Shown: positions 51,270 through 60,682, counted from the first letter of the stretch. The stretch is 64,000 nt of DNA from Macrostomum lignano (GCA_002269645.1 NIVC01001598.1:62001-126000); one strand, 5' to 3'. Program-made: numbers and translations. Notes: generated by a model from the letters alone, not told the origin.

Positions 51270-51825
51270 ACTACGTATCGTGCAGATAAGTGTCGATTTT
51301 GGAGGTGAGGTGGGTGTCAGAGCCAATGCAAATTCAACGCCTATCTAAATACATTAGACCGATTCTAATTGGTCCAGAGTCATTATGTGAGACATTTATG
51401 CTCTCATGTAAAATCTATACATGTAATCAGTGTACACTGTATCGTACAGAAGCGACGACCAGTACAATAATTAACGCTCCGTCGTTGTTGTACGTAGAAG
51501 CGCCCCCACCCTGCAGCATTGGTGTACGCAGAATTAACTGTCCATATACCAAAAATTGGCAGAATTAACGCGCGCCGACCCACCCCATAACTGTCCATAT
51601 TATTACTTGTCCATATTTACTGTCCATCCCAAAATTGGTGTACGCACAGAATTGTAGCGTCCGCCCACCCCATAACTGTCTATATTATTACTTTTCCATA
51701 TTTACTGTCCATATATACACCCAAAATTGGTGTACGCACAGAATTGTCTGTGACCCCTACAAAATTGGCGCCCCCGCGCGCGGAGGCATGATGAGTCAGT
51801 CAGCCAGTAAATCGTCGCTGTCCAC
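51270..51825 (+). repeat. Left terminal inverted repeat
   Basis: First 200 bp match the reverse complement of 61221-61420 with 2 mismatches; inner part more diverged. Confidence 0.92.
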
Positions 51826-52432
51826 CCCTCTGCCCTGCGCTGGCCGCTATAGCTACCTGCAGCAGTGTTACGCAACAACCCGGTCGAGCCACAATGCTAA
51901 CTTTATAGCCAGACACGTCATCAAGGTCTGAAAACACAAACTTCTATGCATGAAATATTCTCGTTTTACAAGATGCCAAACCAACTTTGTTCAGACAGCA
52001 AACTATAAATAAGAAAATTTGGATTCTCGGCCGTTTATCTAAATTCACCAAGTTCAATTAACAATCCAATCATGTGGAAAACGCAGTGTTTGACAAGCAA
52101 TTTTTGGTTGCCAAAGCACAAGAGGATCAGACCGACAAAGCATGAACTGCCAACAACTTTGAGCAAGGATTTCAACACACCTCCAACGCCAGCACCGAAA
52201 ATAGGTACAAGTCTCATTTTTTCTGGAATCCTCGATAACGACAACACCGTAAAAAGCTCGTTAACATGTAATTAAAACAAAAACTTATTGAGACTCTCGG
52301 GTATATAAGCACCAGCCCGGAGCATCTGCAAGCACCCGTACCTGCAAATTTTTCTCGGATTCTCGGCAGTTTTTCAAGCTCGAATAACATCCCCACCACT
52401 AGTGCGAACAACGCAGCAGTGCTTGACAAGAA

Positions 52433-52852
52433 ATGAGCTGGATTTCCAGAGACTACCCCCTATTTTCGAACGAGGAAAAAGACGAATACGAGGCCTTGAA
52501 AATATCTGCTGACTGGTTGTGCATTTGCCACGGCAAACCGATTTCCGAGCGATTAGTCACCTTCAATGCCAAGGTCGAGGAAATTGATCAAGGCCCCTAC
52601 GACAGCCAAGACTACGCAGCAGCCAGGATAAATGAGCAACTACGGGACAAAATGAGATTCAAAGCTGATTTAGCACGAATGGAGAGATTACTGGCTCCGA
52701 TACTAAGTGAAGAGCATCGCCAAAAAATACGTTTTCGGAACCATCAAGATCTGTATAATCCGTCGTGGGAGGAGCAACAAAAGATTTGGAATTTTTGGCT
52801 GCCAAAGCACAAGAGGAACAGGCCGCCAAAGCTTGAACTACCATCAACTTGA
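52433..52852 (+). CDS. Element ORF of unknown function (139 aa); its C-terminus is paralogous to 52072-52275
   Basis: ATG-initiated ORF; shared NFWLPKHKR segment. Confidence 0.5.
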   Translation: MSWISRDYPLFSNEEKDEYEALKISADWLCICHGKPISERLVTFNAKVEEIDQGPYDSQDYAAARINEQLRDKMRFKADLARMERLLAPILSEEHRQKIRFRNHQDLYNPSWEEQQKIWNFWLPKHKRNRPPKLELPST

Positions 52853-53064
52853 AGCAAGGATTTCAGCACACCTCCAACGCCAGCACCCGAAAATAGGAAC
52901 AAAAGGTTCATTTTTTCCGGAATTCTCGATAACGACAACTCTGTAAAAAGCTCGTTATCGTGTGATTAAAACAAAAACTTATTGAGACTCTCGGGTATAT
53001 AAGCACCAGCCCGGAGCATCTGCAAGCGCCCGTACCTGCAAATTTTTCTAAACAGACAAGAGAC

Positions 53065-53775
53065 ATGGAGACAGTGCAAGACTTCAACTGCGTCAAGCGA
53101 GAGCTGCTGGCACTCAAACCGCGAGGTCCGAGCTTCAACGGGGTTGAAACGTTTGACATTGAATATGACGAACAGGGACCTCTCTACTTGGCCAATGCGG
53201 TCCCTGCTTTGATCGTCAAGGGCGTGCGTACTGACAACGAAGGTCGCGAATTCATCATCATTGCACAAAAACACATTGAAAGCTGCATACCCTACACTTT
53301 CAACACTGTGGCGGAGCACCTTTCCAGCGAAAGTCTAGCTCTGCTGGGCTACAACCCAGCGTTTGGAGGTGACAGTGCAGCGTTTGGGCTGGCTCACGAC
53401 TTTAAAATGTACGACCAAAACGGACTGCCTGTAGAGGATTACAAAAACAAGAGCGGCTACTACAGGATTCTGTTTACTCTCGACACGGCCGTGATTCGAG
53501 ACGCTGTTTTGACCGCAATGCCAAAAATTCAACAGCTACAGTTTGTCGAAGAAGCCAAACAGGCATTCGATCGTTGCTATTGGACGCCACCTCCAAAAAT
53601 CAAGGTAGGCGCCAAGAAAGTAAGCAAGAAAGCAAAGAAACCACCAAAGCTTGTCAAGGAGAAGCTGCCAAAGGTGCCTAAAAATCAGGCCAGAAAGCGA
53701 CAGCATCAATCGAAACTAGTAGCAGCCAACGAATCAAAGAAGCGGTCGAAAGCCCCAAGAAGGATACGAAAGTAA
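53065..53775 (+). CDS. Element ORF (236 aa), candidate OB-fold ssDNA-binding protein with a Lys-rich tail
   Basis: Clean ORF behind TATATAAG; beta-rich pattern loosely like viral gp2.5-type SSBs (by eye only). Confidence 0.45.
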   Translation: METVQDFNCVKRELLALKPRGPSFNGVETFDIEYDEQGPLYLANAVPALIVKGVRTDNEGREFIIIAQKHIESCIPYTFNTVAEHLSSESLALLGYNPAFGGDSAAFGLAHDFKMYDQNGLPVEDYKNKSGYYRILFTLDTAVIRDAVLTAMPKIQQLQFVEEAKQAFDRCYWTPPPKIKVGAKKVSKKAKKPPKLVKEKLPKVPKNQARKRQHQSKLVAANESKKRSKAPRRIRK

Positions 53776-53794
53776 AAACTGCCGAAAAATCTAC

Positions 53795-54274
53795 TTGCAG
53801 AACGTCGAGTGTGTGAACCGAGTGTTTTGCGCGAAATGGAGCCGCATGCCTGACTTGGACTGGGCGAGCGCACGGACATTTCGCAGACCAAGAGCTCTTA
53901 TCAATTTGCGAATAGGGAAATGTACAATCAACATTTTTCAGCGTTCTTTGTCTGCAATTGTATTCGGTTGTCGCTCCATCAACCAAGTTTTGCGTCTTTT
54001 TCCTCAATGTAAACCAATTTCTGTTGTTGTTACCACTAGTACTTACCGCGCTGAAGTAGACAGATGGCCAAACTTTTTCCAAATTGCATACTCCGGGTCC
54101 CGCTGGGTGAAGTGGGAGTGTGAAGTTTTCAATGGAATAGTAATAAAGTCTCCATTTCGCAATGCTAAATGTTTATTATGCGGAAAGAATGGCCGCCTTG
54201 TTTTCCTTGGAATACGAAACTTTAAAGAGCTCTGTCAAATGTACGATCATGTGACTAGCGTTTTGCATGTCTAA
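53795..54274 (+). CDS. Element ORF, candidate divergent TATA-binding-protein (TBP)-fold protein
   Basis: LQNV, TINIF…VFGCRS, WECEVFNGIVIK and NGRLVFLG…ELCQMYDHVTSVL are colinear with the TBP core; first in-frame ATG only at 53846. Confidence 0.55.
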   Translation: MQNVECVNRVFCAKWSRMPDLDWASARTFRRPRALINLRIGKCTINIFQRSLSAIVFGCRSINQVLRLFPQCKPISVVVTTSTYRAEVDRWPNFFQIAYSGSRWVKWECEVFNGIVIKSPFRNAKCLLCGKNGRLVFLGIRNFKELCQMYDHVTSVLHV

Positions 54275-54414
54275 TCCATGTAGCTGTTGCGTAACTTTAC
54301 TGCTTTACCACTGTACCGAATTTGTATGTACGTACAAGCTGCTATGAAATTGTCTATAAATATATTGTGCATAAATTGCAGTGCACTGCAACCAACATCT
54401 TTTTGCTAAACAAA

Positions 54415-54771
54415 ATGACAAACGGAATCTCCAGACTATGTTCTTGTCGCGGCGAGCTCGCAGAGCTCGCCAAAGCCCGTCCCACTCTTCGGCGGGCCAT
54501 TATTCGAGGTGCAGGCAAGGAACTGATTCATTGTCTCTGTGAATTGAGTCACAACGTGCTCCGGGGAAATATCGATCTTTCTCCGAAACAGTATCTACGA
54601 TTAAAGCGATACAGAAGATCGTTGCGTGAATTGGCAGACACAAAATTGTCTATAAATAGGAAGAAGAATATGCTTCTCTCGAATCCTCAAGTTGGTGGTT
54701 TTCTACCCATCCTTGCATCCGTTGCTGCACCGCTAATATCAAGCCTGTTTGGCGGACTACTTGGTCGCTAA
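54415..54771 (+). CDS. Conserved small Polinton protein with a C-terminal amphipathic helix (118 aa)
   Basis: CLCELSHNVLRGNIDL…QVGGFLPILASVAAPLISSLF pattern typical of Polinton/adintovirus ORFs. Confidence 0.7.
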   Translation: MTNGISRLCSCRGELAELAKARPTLRRAIIRGAGKELIHCLCELSHNVLRGNIDLSPKQYLRLKRYRRSLRELADTKLSINRKKNMLLSNPQVGGFLPILASVAAPLISSLFGGLLGR

Positions 54772-54772
54772 A

Positions 54773-55423
54773 ATGAATAAATACGTTGTTGTACCAGAAG
54801 AAGAATTTAATAGACTAAGTCAAGGCGCACCCCGAGAAATTGCATCCAAAACAGAATATGAAAAACTCATTGAATACAACACTCAACTCCAAAATAAACT
54901 AAGTCAGATCAAGCAAAAGAAGAGTAATCGTTTTCCTGAACGACAACAACGTGTTTGGGACATGCTGACAGAAAGATACCCAAATTTGGAGTACAACAAG
55001 TCGTGGGAAATTGTATTTGATGGAAAAACCTGGCCAGGAAGCAATATTTTCGATCTATTGAAGGAGATTACATCGAATGAAAGGCGCGACCGCCCAAGCC
55101 CAAAATATAGTACCGCTTTTTGGGCCCTGACCGAAGAGGTAGATATTGCAAAAGCTCTACAAGGACGACGCCAACAAGAAGAAGTCAGTGTGAAAAAAGA
55201 AGTCGGCACGGATCCGGATCGAGACGATTTTTTAGTCGAGCAAGCAATTGGAACTAATGATTTCTACAACGACTTCCACAAAGACCAAGCCAGTGGCCTG
55301 AATGAAATTAAAAAATATGAAGATCGTGGCAGCGATGCCTACAGGCATGCTTCATACCAACTTCGCGAACCAAAGAGGCGGCAGAAACCAGCAGTAAAAT
55401 ACGAGACGTTAAAAAAACTATAA
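54773..55423 (+). CDS. Conserved Polinton hypothetical protein (216 aa)
   Basis: KYVVVP start and WEIVFDGKTWPGSNIFDLL motif recalled from Polinton ORFs. Confidence 0.6.
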   Translation: MNKYVVVPEEEFNRLSQGAPREIASKTEYEKLIEYNTQLQNKLSQIKQKKSNRFPERQQRVWDMLTERYPNLEYNKSWEIVFDGKTWPGSNIFDLLKEITSNERRDRPSPKYSTAFWALTEEVDIAKALQGRRQQEEVSVKKEVGTDPDRDDFLVEQAIGTNDFYNDFHKDQASGLNEIKKYEDRGSDAYRHASYQLREPKRRQKPAVKYETLKKL

Positions 55424-55560
55424 ATAGAAATCATTTTCATGATTTATAATCTGTTTTTGGATCATGGGTGCCGCAGCTGTAACTTCAAAGCTTTGCTCAG
55501 ACAAACCGTCTGTGGAGTTCAAGTGTAATTACTCATGCTGTGCATCGAATCTAGTTGCGA

Positions 55561-56628
55561 ATGAGGGTGAAAACCGCTCTTCGGAGAGTGTACGAACAGG
55601 GGGACGCCGCTTTTACAAATGCTGCCCGTGTATATCAGGAGGCCAAACGGCTGGTCCCCTCCCTGACGAGACGCCAAACAGACGAATGGCTGAAGACCCA
55701 ATCGAGCTACACCCGGCACAAGAGGGTTAAAAGAAAATTCCAAACCGGAAAAGTAATGTCAGGAGGCTTCATGGAAACTGTGCAAGCGGATTTGATGGAC
55801 ATGTCACGATACGAACAATGGAATGATGGTCATCGATATATTCTAGTTGCAATTGACGTGCTTAGTAAATTGGCTTTTTGTCAGTCAATAAAATTGAAAA
55901 GCGACACTCCAAAGGCTTTTGAAAGCATGATCAAAGACTTCCCCATTAAGCCTTTATATCTACACGTTGATCGAGGTACCGAGTTTTATAACAATCGCAT
56001 GCAGAACTTACTGAAAGCCCATAATATCAAAATGTACAGTACAAACTCTGTATACAAGGCAAATATGGCTGAAAGGCTGATTAGGACTCTCCGAAAACGT
56101 TTAGCTCGCTACTTTGAGCATAAAAACACGTGGCGTTGGATCGACTATTTGCCAATATTGGTTAAAAGTTACAACAACACAGTACACTCTACTATTGATA
56201 TGAAACCTTCGAGTGTCGGTCTGCACAATCAAAAAGAATTGTGGGAAAAGCTCTACAAGGATCCTGAATATGATGAACCAGTTTACCAAAAAGGGGACTT
56301 TGTCAGAATTTCAAAATCTCGTCGAGCCTTTGACAAGGAAGCATACGATATGTACAGCGAAGAAGTTTACGTTGTGTCTCAAGTATGCCCGGGACCGCCT
56401 CATTTTTATCGCATTTCCGACCTATCTGGAGAACAAATCGAGGGTCGATTCTACTATAATGAACTTTCAAAGACGGTTCGACCGGACCGCTTTGTTATAG
56501 ACAAAATTCTGCGTCGCAATGTCATCATCAATGGTGTCGCTCATCATTTCGTTAGTTGGCGCGGCTATCCCGAGTCGTTCAATGCATTTGTACCAGTTGA
56601 GGAAGTTATAAATATAAGACAAGGATGA
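55561..56628 (+). CDS. Retroviral-type (rve) DDE integrase with C-terminal chromodomain-like region
   Basis: QADLMDM, IDVLSK, HVDRGTEF and KANMAERLIRTLR (D,D,E), plus IDKILRR…FVSWRGYPESFNAFVP; intact frame. Confidence 0.95.
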   Translation: MRVKTALRRVYEQGDAAFTNAARVYQEAKRLVPSLTRRQTDEWLKTQSSYTRHKRVKRKFQTGKVMSGGFMETVQADLMDMSRYEQWNDGHRYILVAIDVLSKLAFCQSIKLKSDTPKAFESMIKDFPIKPLYLHVDRGTEFYNNRMQNLLKAHNIKMYSTNSVYKANMAERLIRTLRKRLARYFEHKNTWRWIDYLPILVKSYNNTVHSTIDMKPSSVGLHNQKELWEKLYKDPEYDEPVYQKGDFVRISKSRRAFDKEAYDMYSEEVYVVSQVCPGPPHFYRISDLSGEQIEGRFYYNELSKTVRPDRFVIDKILRRNVIINGVAHHFVSWRGYPESFNAFVPVEEVINIRQG

Positions 56629-56662
56629 ACACACATACACTCGAAACGTGTAGTATATTACA

Positions 56663-57817
56663 ATGCATCTATTCCTACCTAGCAATGCGTGCGTTGAGCA
56701 CTATCCTGAGAATAATTCGGCACATTATAGCATTAATTTGCCCGACACCCTCCACTTTCCGAATCATGAAGTCTGCATCGAACGGATCTACTTTTGTAAA
56801 GAATTCAAAACCGTCCCCGATAATCGAATGGTTGATGTCCTGACCAACGCTCCCGAGGATGAAGTGATTGACATTGAGGTGAGAGAAAAACCCGCCTCCA
56901 CGTATAAACAGTTTGCGTCGGTTTCTCTCGCCGCGGGGCTATCAACAGCCAACGAAGTGGTTGATGCAATCATCGCCGATCTAAAATATGAGCAAGACGA
57001 TAATGCGATGATTTGCATTGAGCGTTCACAGGAAGGCCAAATTTCAATTGTGAACAAATCATGGTATGGTGCGAACATTAGGCTGTCCAGTAATGTGCGT
57101 AGCATGTTTAAAAAGGTTGATGACGCTGGAAATAAATCAAATATCGAAGTAACGACTTTTTTATTAAACCCAAGAAATTCGTTAGTATTCGCTATAGAAT
57201 TGGAGTCCTCCTCCTCCATAGAGAGTCCGATGACTCTAACGTTTGAAAAGAGTGTCTGGCCTTCTAGAACGTCACTGCGGATTGCTAAAGGATTCTACCG
57301 CACGCCTGACGAGCTCTTAAATTATGTTAATGGAGCGCTTTGGAGCGTCGTTTCAAAGCTCCCAATAAGTCCAGCGACGAGAGTGGATGCATTCCACTAC
57401 AACCCTTTTCTGAACCGGTGTGAGTACAAACCCATTGAAAACATTTTATTCGACATTGGAGAGCTTGCTGCCATTCTCGGCTTTCGCGAAGATGTTTTCA
57501 ATGAAACTCCAAAGACCGCTAAACGACCAATCGATTTAACAAATGGTGTACAAACTATGTACATCTATTCAAATATTGTCGACTCTGCCATTGTTGGAGA
57601 CGTCAAAGTCCCCCTGCTTGGGGCAATTCCTTTGAATGAAAAGGTATACGGCGAACGAGAGTACTACGAGTTTGTCAATCCATCCTACTTACCGTTGGTG
57701 AAACACCCATTCAAAACCATTGAGGTGCAAATCTGTGACGATATGGGCAAGTTAATGGATCGGATTCTTCGAGGCAAAACTGTTTTATCGATCAACATTC
57801 GTGAAATTAAGCTATAA
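56663..57817 (+). CDS. Polinton minor capsid (penton) protein (384 aa)
   Basis: LPSN..YPEN N-terminus; MYIYSNIV…VGDVKVPLL…F.NPSYLP…TIEVQI C-terminus. Confidence 0.8.
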   Translation: MHLFLPSNACVEHYPENNSAHYSINLPDTLHFPNHEVCIERIYFCKEFKTVPDNRMVDVLTNAPEDEVIDIEVREKPASTYKQFASVSLAAGLSTANEVVDAIIADLKYEQDDNAMICIERSQEGQISIVNKSWYGANIRLSSNVRSMFKKVDDAGNKSNIEVTTFLLNPRNSLVFAIELESSSSIESPMTLTFEKSVWPSRTSLRIAKGFYRTPDELLNYVNGALWSVVSKLPISPATRVDAFHYNPFLNRCEYKPIENILFDIGELAAILGFREDVFNETPKTAKRPIDLTNGVQTMYIYSNIVDSAIVGDVKVPLLGAIPLNEKVYGEREYYEFVNPSYLPLVKHPFKTIEVQICDDMGKLMDRILRGKTVLSINIREIKL

Positions 57818-57861
57818 ATAAAGAAGTTTTCACGAATAAAAGGTAGCAACTGATCGACAAT

Positions 57862-58203
57862 ATGCCTTCAATCTTGATCGGAGGAGCTTTACCGGTATTT
57901 TCCGGTGCACAGCGCGGCAACGGCCTGTTTGGCAGCATTGCCCGATTTGCCCTGCCAATTTTAAAGAGTTTTGGCAAAAATATTCTTCGCCACGGAACAC
58001 GAGCCCTAGCTACAACAGTTAGCGACACACTCGATCAAGGCGGGAACTTGAAAGAAGCGGCATTGCGTAACTCTGTCCAGGCAGCTAAAGATGCTTTCAA
58101 GGACACAGTCGCACAACGAGGTAGCGGCAGACAAAGACGAAGAAAGATGACTAACAAAAAACGAGAAAAAGACTGCAGCATTCTGATATTTTCGACTCTA
58201 TAA
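57862..58203 (+). CDS. Small basic amphipathic virion-type protein immediately upstream of the MCP (113 aa)
   Basis: QRGNGLFGSIARFALPILKSFGK helix, QRGSG motif, basic tail. Confidence 0.7.
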   Translation: MPSILIGGALPVFSGAQRGNGLFGSIARFALPILKSFGKNILRHGTRALATTVSDTLDQGGNLKEAALRNSVQAAKDAFKDTVAQRGSGRQRRRKMTNKKREKDCSILIFSTL

Positions 58204-58272
58204 ATAAAAAAACCCGTGCCAATAACTGATCTGTCTATTAGAGCACCACACTAAGCCGCTGTTGAAAGAAAA

Positions 58273-59554
58273 ATGACTGAGTGCCTGTGTACAAAGTCGG
58301 AATTCGAGCTTTTGCTCCTCGCGCACACCAAATTGCTGCAATTAGCGCCACCACTGAAGAAGTTCACCCTGTTGCCAGTGTTGAAAATGCCAGCGTGGTC
58401 GAATTTAGGATTGTTGGTGGTGAGACGTTTATCGATCTTAACGACATTGACCTCGAGATTAAGGCCCGCGTTAAGCAGTCTAATGGTACAAATCTTGCTG
58501 CTGATTCGAATGTTGCGCCGGTCAATTACGTCCTTGAAAGCATGTTTAAAAACGTCACGTTGACAATCAACGGGACACACGTAGAGTCGAGCAATAACAA
58601 CCACGCTTACAAGGCCTATATTCGCACGTGTTTGAATTACGGACACGATTCAAAAACCAATCAACTGAGAATGATGGGCTACGCAAAGGACGCTGGAGGT
58701 CAAATGGCTGTGGTTGGAAATCCTGGCTTTGTAGCCCGCAAGGCGATGGCGGCAAACTCACGCACCTTTCACCTTTATGGACCTCTTAGTTTAGACTTTT
58801 TTGTTACCAACGACCGAATGCTACTGCCATACACTGATATGGTAATTACGCTGACCATGCACAATTCCGGCTTCGTTCTGGAAAACCACGCGGACGGGGT
58901 TGATGCGCGGCTAGTACTCGAGAGTGCCAAACTACATGTGCGCCGCGTCAAGGCAAACCCCCAATTGGCATTGGAGATTGAAGAACAACTAGGCAAACAG
59001 AATGCAATCTATCCGATTGAGCGACTTGTTGTGCACAATACTTCAGTGGCTGGCGGTGTTCGGGACATGTCAATCAATAATATATTTCCTGAACAAAAGC
59101 CTAAACTAGTGGTTGTTGGCATGGTGAACAGCGGCGCATACAACGGTGTGGCTACACATAACCCGTTTAATTTTGAACCGTTTGGGCAGACAGTGTCGCT
59201 CTGTATAAGGACGGAGTCAGTCTGTGTGGACAACCGTTTACTCCTCGATTCGGTGTTCATAACTATGCTCGCGAGTATGCCATGCTACTAAAAAGCCTAG
59301 GAAAGATGAATCGGGACCTGGATATTGACGTATCATATTCCGACTATGGAGCTGGCTACTGCTTCTTCGCCTGGAATCTCATGCCCGACATGGAGCTGGG
59401 CGGGCATAGCATGCCTCGCGAGCGAGGGAATCTGACGCTACAAATAAAGTTTTCTGCTGCCTTGGCCGCAGGAATCAACGTGTTGGTGTTTGGCTACTTT
59501 GACAATACTGTGCAAATCACTCGCGGTCGTCAGGTTATTCTAGACTACGTGTAG
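58273..59554 (+). CDS. Double jelly-roll major capsid protein (~427 aa once two 1-nt frameshifts are repaired)
   Basis: CLCTKSEFEL start, FIDLNDI, HNPFNF, VALYKDG, LTLQIKF; shifts at the T-run 58310-58313 and near GGG 59184-59186. Confidence 0.85.
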
Positions 59555-59604
59555 AAACAAACATCTCTTTTTTATTCTCGAATAACGACCATATTCATGC
59601 CGAT

Positions 59605-60029
59605 ATGAATAGTCTAGATATATTAGAACGTCTAATACTACCTGTCCCTGTTCGAGTAACACCAGTTGACAGGATTCCGCAGCCTGTTTATCCTGCTGCA
59701 ATCTACCAGGCACTCACTGGGCTTTAATTTGTCTTCATGCCGATGAGAGCGTGACATTTTTTGACCCCTTGTGTATCGATCCTGTGCCAGATTTATTAAA
59801 GTTGTGGATCGCAAAGTATGTCCCTGTGGAGGTGGCCATGAACCGGCATCCTGTACAGCATCCGCTGAGTGTGACCTGCGGGGCTCATGTAATATTTGTG
59901 GCTGAAAAACACTTTCTGGAGGGTCTGTCAATTGAAAAAATATTGCGCGACTGTTATAGCACAAATCTTTACGAGAACGACTTGATGGTGCAGAATCACT
60001 GTCTACAAATAAAGCAGCATCATCCATAA
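59605..60029 (+). pseudogene. Adenain-like cysteine protease, frame-disrupted near 59700
   Basis: MNSLDI…PVDRIP…PAAI in one frame; PGTHW…FFDP…QHPLSVTCG (His/Asp/Gln/Cys) in another. Confidence 0.8.
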
Positions 60030-60031
60030 AT

Positions 60032-60682
60032 ATGATTGGGCGGCCTATCAAAATGTATCAAACAATAGACCCCGATTCTTTAAAATTTGCCCCCAAAACG
60101 TCGGCAATTTTTGCTGGGGTGGCTCAAAGCGGCAAGACCACACTTGTGAAAAACCTATTGAGACAAGAATTTTTTCAAGATCCGAAGCCGATTCGCGTTG
60201 ACTGGTTTGGCCACTATCCGGATCCTGAACTGTTTGAATTGCCGTACCCTGTAAATTTTCGTTCGTGTACATTTGATCCTGAACAATATGTCCCTGAACC
60301 AAATATTCTGCTTGTCGTCGACGACCAAATGCATGTCATGGAAAAGAGTGGCGCTTTTACAACTTTTTTCACGCGCAAAGTCTCCCACGTGGGGTTCCGA
60401 CTTTGGTATCTTGTGCAAAACCTGTTTGCAAAGGGTAAGGAGCACCGAACTCAGTCGCTCAATTCTAACTACCTTGTTTTATTCCGCAATGTACGGGATG
60501 CCAGCACAGTGTCTCATATTGCAAGGCAGCTGGTCCCCACTAATCCAAAAAGTTTTGTCAAAACGTATGAGGATGCTACTCGCGACCCCTACTCATACTT
60601 GATTGTAAACTGTTTGCAAAATGCTCCTGCTCGCTATTATTCAAACGTTTTGGGTCGTCACCCAATTGTGTATGCTAAATAA
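60032..60682 (+). CDS. FtsK/A32-like genome-packaging ATPase (216 aa)
   Basis: Walker A GVAQSGKTT, Walker B LLVVDD, LVQNLF, NSNYLVLFRN. Confidence 0.92.
   Translation: MIGRPIKMYQTIDPDSLKFAPKTSAIFAGVAQSGKTTLVKNLLRQEFFQDPKPIRVDWFGHYPDPELFELPYPVNFRSCTFDPEQYVPEPNILLVVDDQMHVMEKSGAFTTFFTRKVSHVGFRLWYLVQNLFAKGKEHRTQSLNSNYLVLFRNVRDASTVSHIARQLVPTNPKSFVKTYEDATRDPYSYLIVNCLQNAPARYYSNVLGRHPIVYAK

Noticed and set aside
51900-54300. Degraded pPolB or helicase remnants in the viral left arm
   Set aside because: No PolB (DxxSLYP, YxDTDS) or Walker motifs seen in the ORF translations; the space is occupied by other coherent ORFs.
58305-58320. Programmed ribosomal frameshifting in the MCP
   Set aside because: No X-XXY-YYZ slippery heptamer at either site, and two independent shifts in a highly expressed capsid gene are implausible; error or mutation is simpler.
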